A stretch of DNA of 64,000 nt from Escherichia coli (GTDB lineage: Bacteria; Pseudomonadota; Gammaproteobacteria; Enterobacterales; Enterobacteriaceae). Below the pieces are notes generated by a model, which was not told the origin of the DNA, did not search any database, and saw only the letters and a program-made list of their open reading frames with translations. The stretch lies in the NCBI RefSeq assembly GCF_024502345.1, contig NZ_JALDNN010000003.1. One strand, given 5' to 3'. The position numbers and the translations under genes were made by a program. Positions 62,752 to 64,000 of this stretch are shown piece after piece. The first letter of the stretch is position 1; each line of letters begins with the position of its first letter.

Positions 62752-64000
62752 ATGAATCTAATTGATAAGATCGCCCTTGTCGGTCAACGCATGAAGAGCG
62801 AGCAGATCTCTCTGAAAGAGTCATTATTGGTCTCTTCGAGGGTTTCGGTATCGGATGATAGTGTAGACGGTGTTGATCGCCTAATCTATAACCACTGCTT
62901 GAATAAAAAAAATCTGTCAGATTTTTTTGGTAAATCTCGCGTAACTTTTAACAAAATCTTAGCGGATCTTGAAGAAAAAGAACTGGTTGGTGCTCCTATC
63001 TACCAGAACAAAAACCATCTCTATACCCGCTGGGATGTCCAGAAAATAATGGATGCTCTGAACTATCCTCGATATAGCGACTACTACTGTAGCCGTACAA
63101 TCGTAACGCAGAACCATAAGGGTGGTACGGGGAAGAGTACAACTTCAGGCGTTCTTGCAGTTGCGGCAGCACTTGATTTGCATCTAAACGCGCGAATACT
63201 GTTGATCGAATGGGACCCACAAGGGTCTATTGGAAGCGGGATGATCCAGAGCGTAGCGGAAGATGATGTTTTCCTGACTGCTATTGACGCCATCTTAGGG
63301 GTTTACGAAGAAGACTCAGATTACAGAAAATATCTTGATTTAGGGTACTCGGAAGAACAAATTATTGAAGGTATGCCTTTTTCAACACACCTTCCGAATC
63401 TTGATGTTATTACCGCATTCCCTACAGATGCACGTTTCAAAGATAAATACTGGCAGTGTTCCAGAGAAGAACGAACTGAGTTATTACTACGTTTTAAAGA
63501 GGTAATCCTGCCGGTCTTGAAGAGCAAGTACGACCTGATCATTATCGATACTCCACCAGAAGATTCGCCAATCACATGGGCAGCGGATGAAGCTGCTGAT
63601 GGCATTTTGGTTGCCGTTTCACCTCGTGAGTATGATTATGCCTCAACAACTGATTTCATGTTGACGCTCAGTGAGCGATTCAAACAATCGCCGAGCAAGG
63701 GCGAAAATCTAAGCTGGTTCAAAGTGTTGGCAGTGAATGTCGACGATAAGAGTCCCTATGAAAAGATTGTCCTGGATAAACTGGTAAGGACAGTGCAGGA
63801 ACTCTTTATGTCTGCAAATATCAAAAACTCAGAAGCGTTTAAAGCCGCAGCTTCTAGGGGTAGAACCGTATTGGATATTAAAAAATCAGAAGAGCTCTGC
63901 TCTCCCAAACAGCTTGATGTTGCCGAAGAATCCGTGATGGCGGTCTACCAGCAATTTATTAATGAGATTAAGAGTTTTTCAGTGAAGCAAGGGGGTAATG
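62752..64000 (+). CDS. parA: type Ia ParA partition ATPase, 3'-partial (runs off the window)
   Basis: My own translation is MNLIDKIALVGQRMK...TQNHKGGTGKSTTSGVLA (deviant Walker A)...LIIIDTPPE (Walker B). The roughly 110-aa N-terminal extension is typical of P1/F-type ParA/SopA. It is absent from the ORF track because it has no stop codon in the window. Confidence 0.9.
   Translation, partial: MNLIDKIALVGQRMKSEQISLKESLLVSSRVSVSDDSVDGVDRLIYNHCLNKKNLSDFFGKSRVTFNKILADLEEKELVGAPIYQNKNHLYTRWDVQKIMDALNYPRYSDYYCSRTIVTQNHKGGTGKSTTSGVLAVAAALDLHLNARILLIEWDPQGSIGSGMIQSVAEDDVFLTAIDAILGVYEEDSDYRKYLDLGYSEEQIIEGMPFSTHLPNLDVITAFPTDARFKDKYWQCSREERTELLLRFKEVILPVLKSKYDLIIIDTPPEDSPITWAADEAADGILVAVSPREYDYASTTDFMLTLSERFKQSPSKGENLSWFKVLAVNVDDKSPYEKIVLDKLVRTVQELFMSANIKNSEAFKAAASRGRTVLDIKKSEELCSPKQLDVAEESVMAVYQQFINEIKSFSVKQGGN

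Overview
This 64-kb window looks like part of an IncHI-type (R27/R478-like) enterobacterial conjugative plasmid.

**Right third (about 49.4-64 kb)**
- A Tra2-type mating-pair-formation operon: trhA-L-E-K-orf-B-orf-(DsbC-like)-V-C.
- A field of about 2.9 kb of 52-54-bp tandem repeats, roughly 43 units. It contains perfect 320-bp higher-order copies and is split by about 610 bp of unique DNA.
- A type Ia parA that runs off the window end.

**Middle (about 28.8-49.2 kb)**
- Two iteron replicons with homologous RepHI1-type initiators.
- A three-member family of large secreted Ig-like proteins, two intact and one decayed.
- A Dam-type methyltransferase and a second NPPF N6-adenine methyltransferase.
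- Two of three divergent orphan ParB-like paralogs.

**Left part (1-28.8 kb)**
- Mostly small genes of unknown function, largely minus-strand, plus one plus-strand operon at 24.8-28.3 kb.
- hok/sok, an IS903-type element and two IS1 copies.
- A chromosomal corA fragment that appears to have been carried in by one IS1.
- A HigB-like toxin whose downstream partner gene is split by the other IS1.
- A roughly 790-aa orphan DndC-like PP-loop enzyme upstream of ASCH and HNH genes.

**Most interesting unexplained signals**
1. A dispersed 15-bp palindrome, GAAAAGTWACTTTTC, with five perfect copies and about a dozen near copies. The copies are partly intergenic and partly intragenic. This resembles a parS or KorB-operator-like network and could belong to one of the orphan ParB-like proteins.
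2. A conserved TTATTAG promoter family (TCAGGTTATTAGCCAG in its longest form) with fixed 16-nt spacing to a -10 hexamer, found in front of six modules.

Functional calls rest only on motifs and remembered family sequences. No database search was possible.
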